DNA from: Oopsacas minuta
Lineage: Eukaryota; Animalia; Porifera
Assembly (NCBI GenBank): GCA_024704765.1
Contig: JAKMXF010000210.1
Coordinates: 310,001 to 374,000, forward strand
DNA: 64,000 nt
Direction: 5' to 3'
The notes beneath the pieces were generated by a model. That model searched no databases and had not been told where the DNA came from. It saw only the letters and a list, made by a program, of their open reading frames with translations. A program made the translations under genes and the position numbers. Positions 15,101 to 30,100 of the stretch are shown in pieces; positions within the stretch are counted from its first letter, which is position 1; each line of letters opens with the position of its first letter.

Positions 15101-18100
15101 TCAAGTTAGAAGTAACACTGATAAACAGGTTATCCTCACAGGTAAACAAGTCGAGCATCTGTTTAATAATATTCAAATCAAACTCTATGATCTGTACTAT
15201 AATCATCAAACCATTTGTTTCAGTATTGATAATAGCTCCTCCCTGTCAGAGTATAATAAGATCCAGATGATAGGTTCGCTGTAGACTGTAAGGTTATTTC
15301 CGAAATATCGAGTGAATAGAAATAGACAGGTTCATCAAAATTGAGGTAGACAATACTGATGTTTGAGTCAGCAGTAAACCTAAAAACATAATCAGTGAAA
15401 TAAATTTGAGGAATAATAAAAAGTAAATCAATCAGTGAAACTTACGAAATTAACTGAGGACTCGTAGTATCTGGTATAAAGGTAATTTTCTCTATAACAG
15501 CAAGATTTGATGGCAATCTGGAGTCAGAGAGATCTACAACAGTCCCTGTGTCTAGTCGGAGATCAGTAGTTGAATTGACTGATAATAAGGTAGTACGTAG
15601 CTTTAGATTATCCAAATCAAATTTCTCAAGGTAGAAAGCAAGAGAAGTTGAATCTTCTGTGACATTCACAAGATTACCTTGCTGTAAGGTGTAATTATAC
15701 ATAGAATTATAGAATGTTATAGTGGTAGGATCAAATGAACTGACATCAATTGTCTCATCAAATGTCAGTAATAGCAATCCTATATTAAAATCAAACTGGA
15801 ATTGAACTAGGGAAGGAGAGGTAGAATCTTCTACGAAAATTCTTACCGGCTGAGCTTCTCTATTCGGTATTGGAATTATTTGGAGACCAGACATATCTGA
15901 TATAGTTTGTGCTGTCAGGGATAAATACGTATTGTCTGGACGGGTGGCAATGAGGGTAAGCTTTCTAATCTCATTCATGTCTGTATACCCAAGATTTATG
16001 ACTACAGTAGGTCCATCAGGACTTGAAGTTGATGCTGACTGTAGAGTGTATAACTGAAGTGAGTGGTTGGTAACGTATTGCATCTGTATAGTGATTTCAG
16101 ATGCATTGAACGTAGATGTATCGACAGATTCTGACAAGTAGAGAGTGAGAATATTAGTGTTCATGTCAAGATCGAAATAATTCAGATTAGGTCTTGTAGT
16201 ATCAGGATCCAACTGTGTAATTATAAGAGGTAAGTTAGATATATTCAGTTGGTTGTTATTTGCATCAAAAACTGTTGTCTGGTTGAGTAGAAGGAATGTG
16301 TTATGAACCTCAGTGAAGAGATCTGGGAATATCTTAATCTCATTCAAGTCATCATTCGATATTAAAATAAATAATTTCGTTGTACCATCTGAGGTAATCT
16401 GACTGTTATTTGGGTATTGAAGAGTATAGCTTATGAAAGGAGCTTCATATGAACTCAAGAAAATGAATTCAGTATATCTTGTAGAAGATACAGCTATTGT
16501 TTCATCAAATGCTAATGATAATAGCCCAGTATCTAAGTCAAAAGAGAAGCTAATTACTTGAGGACTACTCTGATCAGGAATGTATGCTACAGGTGATATT
16601 AAAGAGATGGGGGTGAGATAATTTCCAGCTATATCTCTAGCAGCCTGACTGCTAACTGATAAGAAAGTAGTAAAGTTAGAAGTAGCAAGTTGATCAAGTG
16701 CTTTTATCTCGTTAAGATCTTTAGTAGAGATGTGCATTGTAATATCAGGGGGGTGACCTGGACCATCTATAGAAGGACCTGTTACAATAGTAGTAGTGAG
16801 TAGGTTATAGGATTGGTTAGTATTCTGTATATTGAAATGTATAGGCATGATATTCCTAACTACTTCATTAAATGTAACGTGAAGTAGTCCTGCGTCTAAA
16901 TCAAGATCATAGCTGATAATAAATGGATTAACTCCATCTGAAGTAAATTCATTGATACTTCGGGTTACGTTTAAACCATCAAAAAGCTGTGTAATATTAT
17001 TACCATTCATATCACGGACTAGTTCCGGTAAAGATAGGAAAGTAGAATTTAAACTGAGTGTCCATAGATAATTCAGTCGATTAAAGTCTAGCGGACTGAG
17101 TGTAATGACAATGACAAGACCGTCTGAGCTTTGAGAAGACCCATCAACAACTGTGTAGAGAGACGGGGACAGTATACTTGTAGAATAGTTATAGAAATGA
17201 ATATTATCGTTATTGATCTGTAATGTGGTCGCATCAACAGGTTCGGTAAATAGGAATGTCAATTGAGCTGCATCCAAGTCAAGATGTATATAAATAATAT
17301 CTGGGGAGGTTGTGTCTTCTGTGAAATGATAAACAGACAATCCAGATCCATTTCTAACATAATTAAAATTCATATCTATAGCAAAAGATGTGTTACTGTT
17401 TGTATCAAAAATGATGTAAGTATTCAGAGCTGATGTTGCTAGATCTCTGAAGAGCTTTATAGCATCAAGATCAGGTTTAGTAAGGTTAAATTGGATAACA
17501 GGGCTGTTTTGTGTTTGGACTGATCCACCAGTGAGTTGGTAGTAGGAAGATGTGTTGGATAGTGTTGGAGAAGATGAAATGATAAGTCTAGTTGGGTCTA
17601 CATACATCGCATTCATACTTTCTGAGAAGAAAAGTACAAGAGAACCAGTATTTAAGTCCATGTCAAATCTCCATAAACTGGGAGATGTCAAATCTTCAGT
17701 AAAGTTTCGAACCTTTTTAGATTGATTTACGAGAATTTCTTGAATAAAATTGTTATTCATATCAGTAATTACGTATTTAGGAAAATATATAAAAGAGTTT
17801 GATCTGGAGGTTGTAAGAGCTGTATCAAGCTTTATTTCATTTAAGAAATTTAGACCCAAGTCAATGTAGATAATATAATTGTTTATGATTCTAGTGCTAC
17901 AGTTGTATATTGAGATAGTGCTTGTTGGAAATGAAACTGCATTTGACAATGATAGCCCATGGCAGTTAAGCGAAGAAGCGTTCATTACTTCACTAAACTC
18001 TAAAGTAAGTACTTCAGTGTCTAAATCCAAGTCAAAATATAATAAGACCGGAATAACTTCATCAGGAGTGAATGAAAACACAGGAAAAGCATTCGTTCTC

Positions 18101-21100
18101 TCGATAGGGTTGATATCATTAAAATTCATATCCTGTACGAATTGTTGAGGAAAGTAGATAAATGAAGTTTGAATAGATACAGCAAGCTGGGTAAGAAGCT
18201 TAATAGCATTCAAATCCAAAAATCCAATTTCTATTACAACAATGGTTAGATTCATGTCTAGAATTTGAGTAGAGTAGAGAGGGAGGTCACCATCTTGAAA
18301 GTTCCAGGTTACACCAGTTTCATTTTCAGATTGAATTGTAAGAAGATTGATGTTTAAAGAATTCACATTTACTGGTTCGTCAAAGTTTAACGCCAAATAA
18401 TTAGAATTGAGGTCTAACGTGAAGTTAACCAAATTTGGACTGATAAAGTCTCCATAGAAGCCAGAAGCTTGTAAACCGATATTATTATTAATCACATAAT
18501 TCCCGTTCATATCTCTAATGAGGTGAGATTGAAATATAATGAAGCTATCATTAATATTGGTAAATAGGGAAGTATTGATTTTGATATAATTTAAGTTGTA
18601 GGTAAGGATTTGAAAGACTACGACAAGTGAGTTAAAGAAAGTTCTCCTCAAACCTCCAGTAAGTGTGATTGCAAAACCTGAGGAAGGTCGAGGGCGAAAG
18701 GAAATTGCTGGTGGATAAAGTGATGAAGAATTTACAACTTCTGAGAAAGTGAGACTCAATATTTCTTCTGTAAGATCAACAGAGAATTGTAAAAGTTGAG
18801 GAGGTGTCGTATCTGGAGTGAAAGTCATTACTTGTCTAGCATTGTTAGATAGAATCGGGATAATAGGATTATTATTCATGTCAGAAATAAAATCAGCTGA
18901 CAGGTATATGAAAGTGTCTCTTTTTGAGTTAGCAAGATTTGTAATATTCTTGATTGAGTTTAAGTCGTATTCAGATACAGTTAAACTAACTACAGTACTG
19001 AAAGGCAGGGATTGATTCCCAGAGATAACATTGTAAGAGGATAGTCCAGCTGTCGTATTGGCAAAGTTCTGAAGCCACAATTCAGAAGGGTTTATAGAAG
19101 ATGAGTTCACTGTCTCATCAAAAGTAAACGTAAAAGTACCTGAATTCATATCCAGATCGTATGATACAAGATTTACTGATATAGTATCCTGATAAAATTC
19201 AGTTGCCTGTAGAGCCATATCTACTGAGATAGAGTTCACTGGGTAACCAAGTGTATCTGTAATAAATCCATTTTCTATAGTTATGAATGTATCCTGAAGA
19301 TCAGAAGCTAGATATATTCTCTCTTTGATTTCGTTCAAATCATATGTTGAGATGCTAACAGTTAAAAACGGGAGAAGATTGTTTGAATGATTGACCTGTG
19401 TTAGAGTGTAGGACTGGAAGGTGGAAGATTCGTTATTTCTACCGCTTACAAATGTCAAATGACTTTCTACAAGTCTAGATTCATCTACTGTTTCAGAAAA
19501 ACTCAGATTGAGGAGGCCAGTAGTTAGTGACAAGGTGAATATATCTAGAGAGGGTCTAGTCCCATCTGGGACAAAACCACCGAGGGGAGTACTACCTGTA
19601 CTTGAGCAGTTAATCTCTAGGATAGATAGATCGCTCTGATCTAGAATTGTAGACCGTCTGTAGTGAAGATATACTGAAGATGAGTCAGTAGCAATTCTCA
19701 AACTCTTCAAATTATTCAAGTCAATAAGAGTGAAATAGAATAGGAATGTAGTAGAGTAGAAATAGGTTGTATTCCAACTAGTTGCGTTGCCATAATCTCC
19801 AGGATCATTTCCAGCTGTTCCTATATCTTGGCTGTCAAAAACCGCATTTGAGTAGTCAATAACACAACCTGACAACTGATAAGAATTGTTACAATAAGGC
19901 CTTTCTGAGATAGAAGTATCTTGGCAACGAAATGAGGAAATATTAACCGTCTCTGAGAAAATAATCGACATTGAACCACTGTTCATATTTATAGAGTATG
20001 TGACTATAGAAGGTCTGTTTATATCAGGGAAATACCTCGATGCTCGCATGGCAAACCCATTTAGTTTTGGTACAATTCGATTGCTGTTCAGATCGGTAAT
20101 AAATTTAGTAGAAATGGAAATATATGAATTATTGAGAAATGTAAATAAGGAATCGATCCGTTTGACTTCATTCAATTCTGAATCTGAGAGTTGAATCATG
20201 ACAGATAGTCCATTCAAATTAGTCAATACAGAGCTGTTGTACAGCTGGAGGCCTGTACGAGATCTAGCAGCATTCTGAACAGTCAGGCCTGGGATATAAA
20301 TAGAACTCACGTTTATTGGTTCATCAAATACTAAGGTTAGACTACCACCATTCATATCAACTTCAAAGCTAATTAGATTCGGTGAGATGATGTCTGGACG
20401 TACGTAAGTACTTTGAAAAATTGTACCTGCAACAATAGAGTTGGAAATGAGGGCCATATCGACCAAAGCATTGTTTTGAAAAGATATAAAAGTGTTTGAA
20501 AAGTCGGTAGCTAAATTTAAATAGAGTTTCAGCTCATGGAGATCTCTGATATCGATTTTAGTAGTAAGTATTGTACTGTCGTTAGTTAGGACTTGCAGAG
20601 TATATTGTAAAGTATATTGTACTAGAGTTAGAGAAGATAAATCATCTGAAGATAGTATTGTAAGCTTTGTAGCGTCGATACTAGAGGCTCTCACTGTCTC
20701 ATCGAAAGATAGATATATAGTTTCAAAAGTGAGATCTAGCACAAAATCTAGTGGAAATGGTGGCGTTGCATCCGGTGAATACGAGTTTGTACTGATATAG
20801 TTTGGATTAACTTGATTAGAATTCATATCTGTTATAGTATTAGATGTAATACTCAGATGTGTGGAGTCGAGGGATGTAGCTAATCGGGATAGTCGCTTAA
20901 TCTCGTTTGCATCTTCTATACTAATAGTAATGAATACTATTTCAGTAAAGCTTGACTCAGTTAGAGGACTGCTTGTTAATGTGAACGTTTGACCGCCATA
21001 TGCAGAGGAATTCCTTTGGCGTAAAATGATAGTAGTTACATCTAGTGATGATGTATTCATTGTCTCGGTGAATGTGAGGTAGAGCAATAAAGTATCCATG

Positions 21101-24100
21101 TTTAGTGAGAAAGATACAAGAGATGGATTCGAAGTATCTGGAATATATTTAGAAGCAAGTAAAGCATTTCCATTGAATATTTCTTGTATAGGATTTGCAT
21201 TCATATCTTCAATTGCAGCATAAAGCAATCGAATGTAAGAGCTCTCCAGAGTTGTAACTAATCGCGTTTTAGCAGTCAGAGTATTAAAATCCTGATCTGA
21301 GATCGATACATTAACTATTGTAGAGTTTACCTGTCCTGAGGTTAAATAGCTTGTAGATAGTGACTGTGATACAGTTGTTAGTTGCTTATGCTGTAAAATG
21401 ATCAAGCTAGGGTTAATAGAATCGATATTGACTGTTTCATCAAAAGTAAGTGATACAATTCTTTTATCCATATCAAGAGAAAATTCCCTCAACAAAGGAG
21501 AGAGTTCATCTGGATAGGAGTCTGATACAGAGAGAGGAGAGGAGCTGAATATGGGAGTGATCGGGTTCCAATTCATGTCACGTATAGCATAGAGTGTGAG
21601 ACTTAAGTAAGTTGAAGAAGGTGTAAAGGCTAGATCAGATAGAAACTTAATTCTATTGCTATCAACTTCACCTATCAGTATAGATACAATAGTAGAATTA
21701 TCAGATTCTGTTAGTGTATATAGAGGAGGTATGCCAGGGGATAATGTATGAGATACTGGGAATGAACAATTATTAGATATAGAAGTATTGCAGAAAGATT
21801 GTGCTGCAGACTGTAAGATAATCTCACTTACATTGAGTGTAGAAGAATCTACAGTCTCATCAAATACAAGTGTGAGTATAGGAATAGTTAGGTTTAAGTT
21901 GAGAGAGAATTGTACTAGGTTAGGAGAGGTGGTATCTGTAACGAAATTTGTTACTTGAATCGCGAAAGGGTTATATATCGGTTCTATTTGGTTATTTGAT
22001 ATATCGACAATGGTGTACGGACGTACTATTAAGTGTGTATCATCAACATTAGTCGCGAGGGACGAATAGTATTTAATTCTATTCAAATCATTTATATTGA
22101 TTCTAAAAGAAAGTTCACGTCCAAGATAACCATAGAATTCATGGATGACGTCATCTAGTAGGGTCACCCGTGGCTGTATCGAGTCCTCGGAATTCTGTAG
22201 AGTTAATCCGCTTGGTAATAAAGACGTATCGTTGATTGCTTCAGAGAATGAAAGCATTAATATACCAGTGTCAAGATCAAAGTGAAAGTAGAGTAGAGTA
22301 GGACTAGTGGTGTCTAGAACCAGCTGAGTAATCGGTAGAGACAGATTATGAGGAATCACAGTAGCATAATTGCCTGATGAATCCTGTATACTATTATTAG
22401 ATAGACTGAGGTATGAATTGGTAGGTAAGGTGAAGAGATCTGTCAAAAGTTTTATTCGGTCCAAATCATAAGCCGAGAGAACAACTATAACCTCAAATGA
22501 GTATTGAGAATAGGAGATGGATGGTGATCTTAACGTATAATTAGTAGCATAGAGATCTCTAGAAGATTGGAGAGTTAGAGCTGATATCCATAAGGTTTGT
22601 CCTTGTACTGTCTCAGAGAAATTGAGAGTCATAACTCCCGTATTAAGATCCATACTAAACGCTTCTAAAACTGGAGCAGTGATGTCAGGATTGAACTTAG
22701 AAGCACGTATACCATAATCATTAGAGATAGGGACAATGTCTAATCCATTAGCATCTCTCACAAAGTCTGATCCTACTGTAATGTAAGTGTTGTTGATATT
22801 AGTAGCTAAGTAGAGGTTAGCTTTAATCGCGTTAAGATCTGATAACACAATCTGTAAGACTATAACGTAACCATTAGTACTATTAGTGTAGGTAGACTCT
22901 GATAAGCGAAGAGAAGTAGAACGAGTTGATGCGTCTTGTAATATTAGAGAAGATCCTCTTAAGGGATTGGTTATTATGACGTCATCAAACGTCAGTGCTA
23001 TAGATCCCGTGTTCAAATCAAATGTAAATGAGATTATACTAGCTAGATTGGTATCAGATATAACAGAAGAAGCTTGTAACGGATTAGATAGTGTAATTGG
23101 TACAAGAGAATTCCCCTGCATGTCAGTCGCTGTATTAGCAGTTGCGGTTAAGTACGTATCGTGTATTGTCGTTGCTAGAGTGGGAGCAAGTTTGAGCTGC
23201 AATACGTCATCAGCAGATAATATTGCAGTTATAACAAAGTCGCCATATGACCCACTGTAATGTTCTAGAGATAAGCTGATACCGGAAATATTCGGAGCTG
23301 GTATGATAGTGAATGAATCTAGGTTGAAAGCAGATGACCGCACCATCTCTGAGAAGGTGAATGAAATTGTATCAGTGACTAAGTTTAGAGAAAATTCTAT
23401 CAGCTCAGGAGGTATAGTATCTTGTTTGAAATATCTAACCGGAAGTATATCAGTGGTGAGTATAGGATTACCATTCATATCTGATACAGCACTAGCTCTC
23501 AACTGAAGATATGTATCGTTACTAGTTATAGCTAGATTGGGTATACTCTTAATCATAAGAATATCATACTGTGATAGTGTTATGTACTGTATAAGGCCAT
23601 TCAGAGGGGTTACTTTAGACCCAGCTGTGAGGTTATAGCTTACAGAGTAGTTTAAACGAGCATCGAATAAGTAAAGAAGATAAGGGTTGAATGTAGTAGA
23701 ACGAATTGGCTCGTCAAATATCAAAGTGAGGTTGCCAATATCTATGTCCAAATCAAAACTTCTAAGCTTTGGTGGGGTTGTATCTGGAATAAATACCTGA
23801 GCATCCAATCCATGATCAATACGTACTTCAAGATTTCCATTGAATTGAGTATCAAAGAATGTAGAAGAAAGTATTGAGAGCCAGCAGTTAGTAATGGAAG
23901 TACAGAGAAAATCATTATTTTTCAATTCATTCACTTCATCGATTAGTATGTCAATTGTTATACTGAGCCCTACAGAACCAAGACTAACATCGCCAGTAGA
24001 CAACACTAAAGATTCTGTAGCATCCAATTCATTTATATTACGATAAAATCTCTGTAATCGAATGCTATCCAGAGGTAGAGAAGACAGAGTGTTACGACGT

Positions 24101-27100
24101 AGAGGCTCATTAAATCTAAGGAAAAGTTGACCTGAGTCAATATCCATTGTTTGGAATACTAAGAGGATAGGATGAGTTCTATCAGCAGTGAACATGCTGG
24201 GGGGAACACCTTGTTCTATAGGTATAGGGACATTTCTATTACCAGTACTATCTACTATTAATGTTGGTCCGAATCTAAGAAAACAATTGTTACTTGTGTT
24301 ATATTCGCAGAGGTTAGAATCAAATTTGATTGCATTTAAATCGTTTATATTAAAGCTAGCCTGTATCTTATCGCTAGCTGTGAAATGACAAGAAGCTATC
24401 GCCCTAGGCGGATCAAGGGGTAGATACGTGACATTACCACCAGTTAACTGTCGGGTAGATATATTAAGACCCATTTGAATAGCAAAAGATAAGTTAGAGA
24501 AAGATTGGAACACGAGAGAGCTCAAGTTTGTGGGATAAACATTAATAGTTTCTGAGAAAGAAAGACTTATTAATCCGTTATTGAGATCGAAATCATATCC
24601 TGTAAGGAATGGTTCTACTGAATCAGGGGTGTAGGATTCAACTTGTTGGGCGTTTGTATATAGTATTGGTGTTATGAAGTTACCAGCCATGTCAGTTACT
24701 AGTGTTGAAGTGTGTGAGAGAAATGTGTCATTTGGTGATGTGCCGACCTGTGGGATAGCTTTAAGCACATTCAAGTCATCATGGTCAAAATATACTGTTA
24801 GATAAGTGTAATTTGCTTGAGAGATATTTGAATATAAAGTAAGAGTAACGAAATATTCGTCAGTGGTCTCAGCTGATTGGAGTGTTAAATAACGTACCTG
24901 AAAACTTGGTTGTGAAATAGTCTCACTGAATGTGAGAGTGATGAGCTCTTGAGTTAAATCGAGAGAGAAGCTAACTAGATAAGGATCAATGGAATCACGA
25001 GTATACTCAGTTACAAGCATTCCTTCACTCTCAGAGATAGGAACAATTGAGTTATTATTCATATCACGAATAAACGTAGAACTAAATCTGAGATAAGTTG
25101 AATCTGTAGAGGTAGCCAACTCTACAATACGTTTAATGTTATTGAGATCATACTTAATCAGCTGTACAGTGAGCATAGTACTGTATCTGGTAGAAATACT
25201 CCCTCCAGTCAGAGACCAGCTCTCTACAGGGGAATTCACATGATCCTTAACGTGTTGTAGAGTTAGTTCATTCAGATAGACAGTCGAATAGTCAATAGTC
25301 TCACTGAATGTTAAATACAATGTCTCACTGGTTAGATCTAGATTGAAATAGTTCAATTCAGGACGTACAAAGTCTGCATAGAAATTCAATGCTTGCTTCC
25401 CGTCCAGGATAGCCATAATGTTATTCCCATTCATATCCTGGATAAGAGTGTTCCAGAAACTTACGAAAGTATTATTCATATTTGTATAGAAGTCTCTGTG
25501 CATTTTAAGGTAATTAAGAGCTGGAGTCTCGATTAGTAGAACTAGCTCTGTAGAATCTTCTGGCTGTATGAGAGAAGACGTGGAAGTTAGAGTTATACTT
25601 CTGAAGGGTGTAGCAGATTCTTGAAGACTTAAACTAGCAGAGTCAAAAGTAAACGAGTCGATAGTTTCAGAAAAGATAAAATGTATAGTCTCAGAGGTGA
25701 GATTAACCACGAATGAGAGTAGGAGAGGAGATGTTGTATCAGGTGTAAATACTGTAACAGGTAAGATCGATGGGTTAACCATATTACCATCAGTATCATT
25801 AATCAGTGAGCTATCAAACATTAAATTGGTAGTGTAACGGTCAGTAGCCAAATTTCTAATCTTCTTTATTTCATTCAAATCGTATTCTGTAATATTTAGA
25901 GTCAATATAGTAGAGTCTATTTCATGGAAATAACCTCCAGTTAGCGTATAAGACACAGTAGAAATATAAATATCATTTTCTAGCACTAAACTAGTTGGAG
26001 AGAATGTAGAAGCTGAAATAGTCTCAACGAATGTAAATTTTAAAGTTCCAACATTCATATCAAGATCAAAATATAGTAAATTTGGCCTTGTCATATCTCG
26101 TGTGTAGTTAGAGGCTTGTAATGCATTGCTAGTGGGAATTCTAATCACACTGTTTGCTTCAGTATCCTCAATAGTCATTCGTGTAATGGATAAATAAGAG
26201 TTACTTATATTTGTAGCTAGAGAACGTCTGAACTTTATCTGATCAAGATCTAGTATGTCAATGGGTAGTATTAGGCTAGTAGCATATCCACTAGATAACA
26301 TAGCTGTATATATCAATGTATAACTCTCTGAATTAGCATAAGATGAGTTAACTACTGACTGGAGAGTTAAATAGGTTGGTTTAAGAGTAGCGAGATTAAC
26401 TGTCTCAGAGAAGAAGAGAGATATGAGTCCTGTATTCATGTCTAGCGTGAAGCTCTCTAATACAGGAGCTGTTCTATCTTCTGTATAGTTAGTTACTTGT
26501 TGTGTATTGATACCGTTTATAAGCGGTATAATTGGTTGCATATTCTGATCTACTAACGCACACTGGTCTATTGCCAGCCAGGAAGTTAAAGGAGAATTGG
26601 CGATTAACAGTGCTTTGATATTATTAAGATCTGCCAGTGAGAAGTGTATTATAATAGCAGTATTATCGACAGCAGCAAATATACCATAGTTAATATCCAC
26701 CTCTGGGATTGCATAGCTACCTACTGAAGGATATACATTAACTGGAGTAGGTAAGACACGGGATATCGGCATTATTAATTCTCCGTTAATTAGCCTGTAG
26801 CTTTTAGAGCTGGATGGAGAAGTTTGTAAGATGAAACATGAAATATTTACTGAGTTAATATCGATGATTTCCTATAAAATAATCAATAATCATGTAAATA
26901 ACAATAAACAAATTACAAAAATAAATAACAAACTAACCTGGAAATAAAGTACAATATGACCTGTGTCCATATCAATATCAAATCTTACCAAATGAGGAGA
27001 TAGAGTATCATTAAGAAAGTAAGAGGTCTGCAGAGGTTGAGCTATTGATCTCTCAATCAGCTGATTACCATTCATATCTACAATGAGATGTCTTTTTACA

Positions 27101-30100
27101 CTCAGAAATGACGTATTAAAGCTTATAAATAGATTTTCTAACAGTTTAATCTGGTTAATATCATAGGGAGTTAAGCTAATTATGACAGATAATCCATTCA
27201 TAGAAGTAGTTATACCACCAGTGAGAGTATAAGCTATATGAGAAGAGAGGCTAGATCCATTCAAGAATGTAATAGCAGTTGTGTTAAGTGTCTGAGTATT
27301 AACCGGCTCATCAAATACTAAAGTCAACTGCTCTCCAGTCATATCAATGAGAAAGGCAGAGAGAATCGGACGGACTTGGTCTGAAGTGAAAGCAAAAGCT
27401 TTCTGGGTTGTCTCAGCTATGTAGTTAGGCTGTACAGCCATATCTTGTACAGATATAGGTAATAAATGAATATATGTGTTGTTAGTGTTGGTAGCTAATC
27501 GTGTATCCAATTTGATAGAATTGAGATCTTCTGTAGAAAGCATTAGTATCAATATAGTGGAGTTATCGCCAAGAACATTTCCAGAGCTGAGTCTATGAAT
27601 CACAGATGCATTCGTGCATGTGGGACAAGGTTGCAAGGAAATACCGCTAAACACAGTGCTAACTACGTTAACAGTCTCATCAAATGTCAAACGTATAATC
27701 TCCAAACTCAAGTCTAAACTGAATGACTGAAGAATTGGACTGGAGCTGTCTCTTACATAGGTAACGAGGTTAGATGCGTTTGCAGGTCGGATAGGTAACA
27801 CTAAGTTCATGTTCATATCCTGTATAGCTTCTTCAGGGAATGAAAGATAAGTAGATTCCATATTTTGTGCCAAATAGTATAAGTATTTAATACGGTTAGC
27901 ATCATTATCACCAATATATATACTAATAACTAATCCATTCAGTGAGAAGGAGGAGCTATCATCTGTAAGCTGATAACTCCCTGTAGCTGAAGCATTAGGG
28001 TATGGGAGGATGGTAAACAGACTGGTGTTGAGAGTGACAGAGAGCACTGGCTCATCAAAGGTAAGCACAAGCCTCAATAAGTCCATATCTAGAGTATAGG
28101 ACAGGAGTTGTGGAGCTACTGAATCGGGGATAAAACTACCAGCAATAAAAGGATTGGATACTGGTATTGGGATATTATAATTAAAGTTTATATCTTGAAT
28201 GAGAGAACTTGATACTGAGATAAGAGTATTATTCCTAGTAGTGAGTAGGTCAGTTTTAAGCTTGAGTAAGTTAAGATCATCTCCATTCAGCTCTATAATT
28301 ATAGTTGTACCATCTTGTGAAAGAACTCTACCATATGACAAACTGTAGGATGTGAGATTGGATTGGGAAACAAATGTGATCTGAGTTACATCCAATGAAC
28401 TGCTTAGAACAGTTTCAGAGAAGAATAGTGTAAGAGTTTCTAAAGATAGGTCTATGTTGAAGTCAATAAGTTCGGGTCTAATCGTATCCTCGATGAATGT
28501 TGTGATCTCTACATTGAAAACTGGTTGATTGTAGTTGTTAGAAGTATCCTTGATAGTTGTATCAGATAGAGATAAATATGTGGAATACTTACTAGTAGCA
28601 AGAGGTTGTATCCTCTTCAGTTCATTCAGATCAGATTCCCCTATTGAAATCTCTACTATAGGGATATCTGGGGAAATGGAGAAAGTCCCATTCTGTGTAG
28701 AGAAATAAAATAAGATGGAACCGTTAAGGATTTGAGAGAATCCGATCTGAGACACGTCAAGACTAACAATGGTATCCATAGATTCATCAAAATAAAGTCT
28801 CAACAGTCCCAGATCCATATCAAGTGTTGAATTCTCCAAAATTGGTCTGGTAGTGTCAGGAGTGAAGGCATATACGCGGAAACCGACATTGTTTGGAATG
28901 GGAGAGACAGGATTTTGATTCATGTCACGTACTAGAAAAGAATCTATTGAAAGATGAGTAGTTAATTCAGATACAGCAAGATTCCTTAATGTCTTAATAC
29001 TGTTTAAATCGAATCTCTGAATGATTTGGGAGAGGACTAGACCATCTGGTGACACTAGGAACTGAGTGGACAAACGATAATACTCAGAATCGTTGGAGAG
29101 AGAAACGTTTTGTTGTAAAGATATAGATGTAACATTATAAGTTAGTGAATCAACCACTTCACTAAAAGTCATACTCAACTCTCCTGAGTCTATGTCAAGG
29201 GTAAATAAGGTAAGATCTGGGGGTGTAGTATCGGGTGTAAACTGGTGGACACCTAGTCCATCAGGGTCTGTCCTTTCTACCAGGAGATTACCGTTCATAT
29301 CCTGAATCGTGTAACGGCTATATGTTAAGAATACATTGGTACCATTGTCAACACTTGCAATGGAACGCTCGAGTTTAATCCTATTCAAATCCTCAAATGA
29401 GATGGTTATATTTATGATAGTTGAATCAATTCTAAGATGAGATGATGAATTAGAAAGTGTTACATATCGCACGGCAGTTGGAGCATTCTGTAGCTTGAGC
29501 TGGTCAACACGTAATGAATCACTCTCAACAGTCTCAGAGAATGAGAGTATGAATACACCACTATCTATATCTAAGGAGTATAACAATAGAGTAGGTTTAG
29601 TTGCATCAGGAATAAAGTCAAAAGCTTTAATGGCATCATTTAACATTATCCCGTTAAGCGGATTCCCATTCATATCGTAGATAGCTTGATACTGTATAGC
29701 TAGAAAGGTTGTGTTGATAGAATCAGCTAATCCTCTTTCTCGCTTAAGAGTATCAAGATCCATTATAGTAATCTCTACATCAATCTCAGTACTTGCTAAT
29801 GGTGTTAATATTATACCACCAGATGGACTTAACATGATAGGAAATGTAATTGTAGCTTGATTCAGTAAGGTTATTGAGTCTACGTTCAGAGAACTAGTGT
29901 TTACAGTCTCAGAGAATGTGAGATGGATTATACCTCTATTCATATCGAGGAAGAAACTTGTTAAATTTGGGTTTGTTAAGTCTTCAGTAAAGTCAGTAAC
30001 GATAAGAGCTAACCCATTAGGGATAGCATTAACCATATTTCCGTTCATATCTCTAATAGCAAACTCAGTATTACGAAGATATGTATTGTTTCTCATTGTA

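Noticed and set aside
15238-15248. Programmed ribosomal frameshifting at the two frame breaks
   Set aside because: No X XXY YYZ slippery heptamer or obvious downstream structure; single-base homopolymer indels are the simpler explanation
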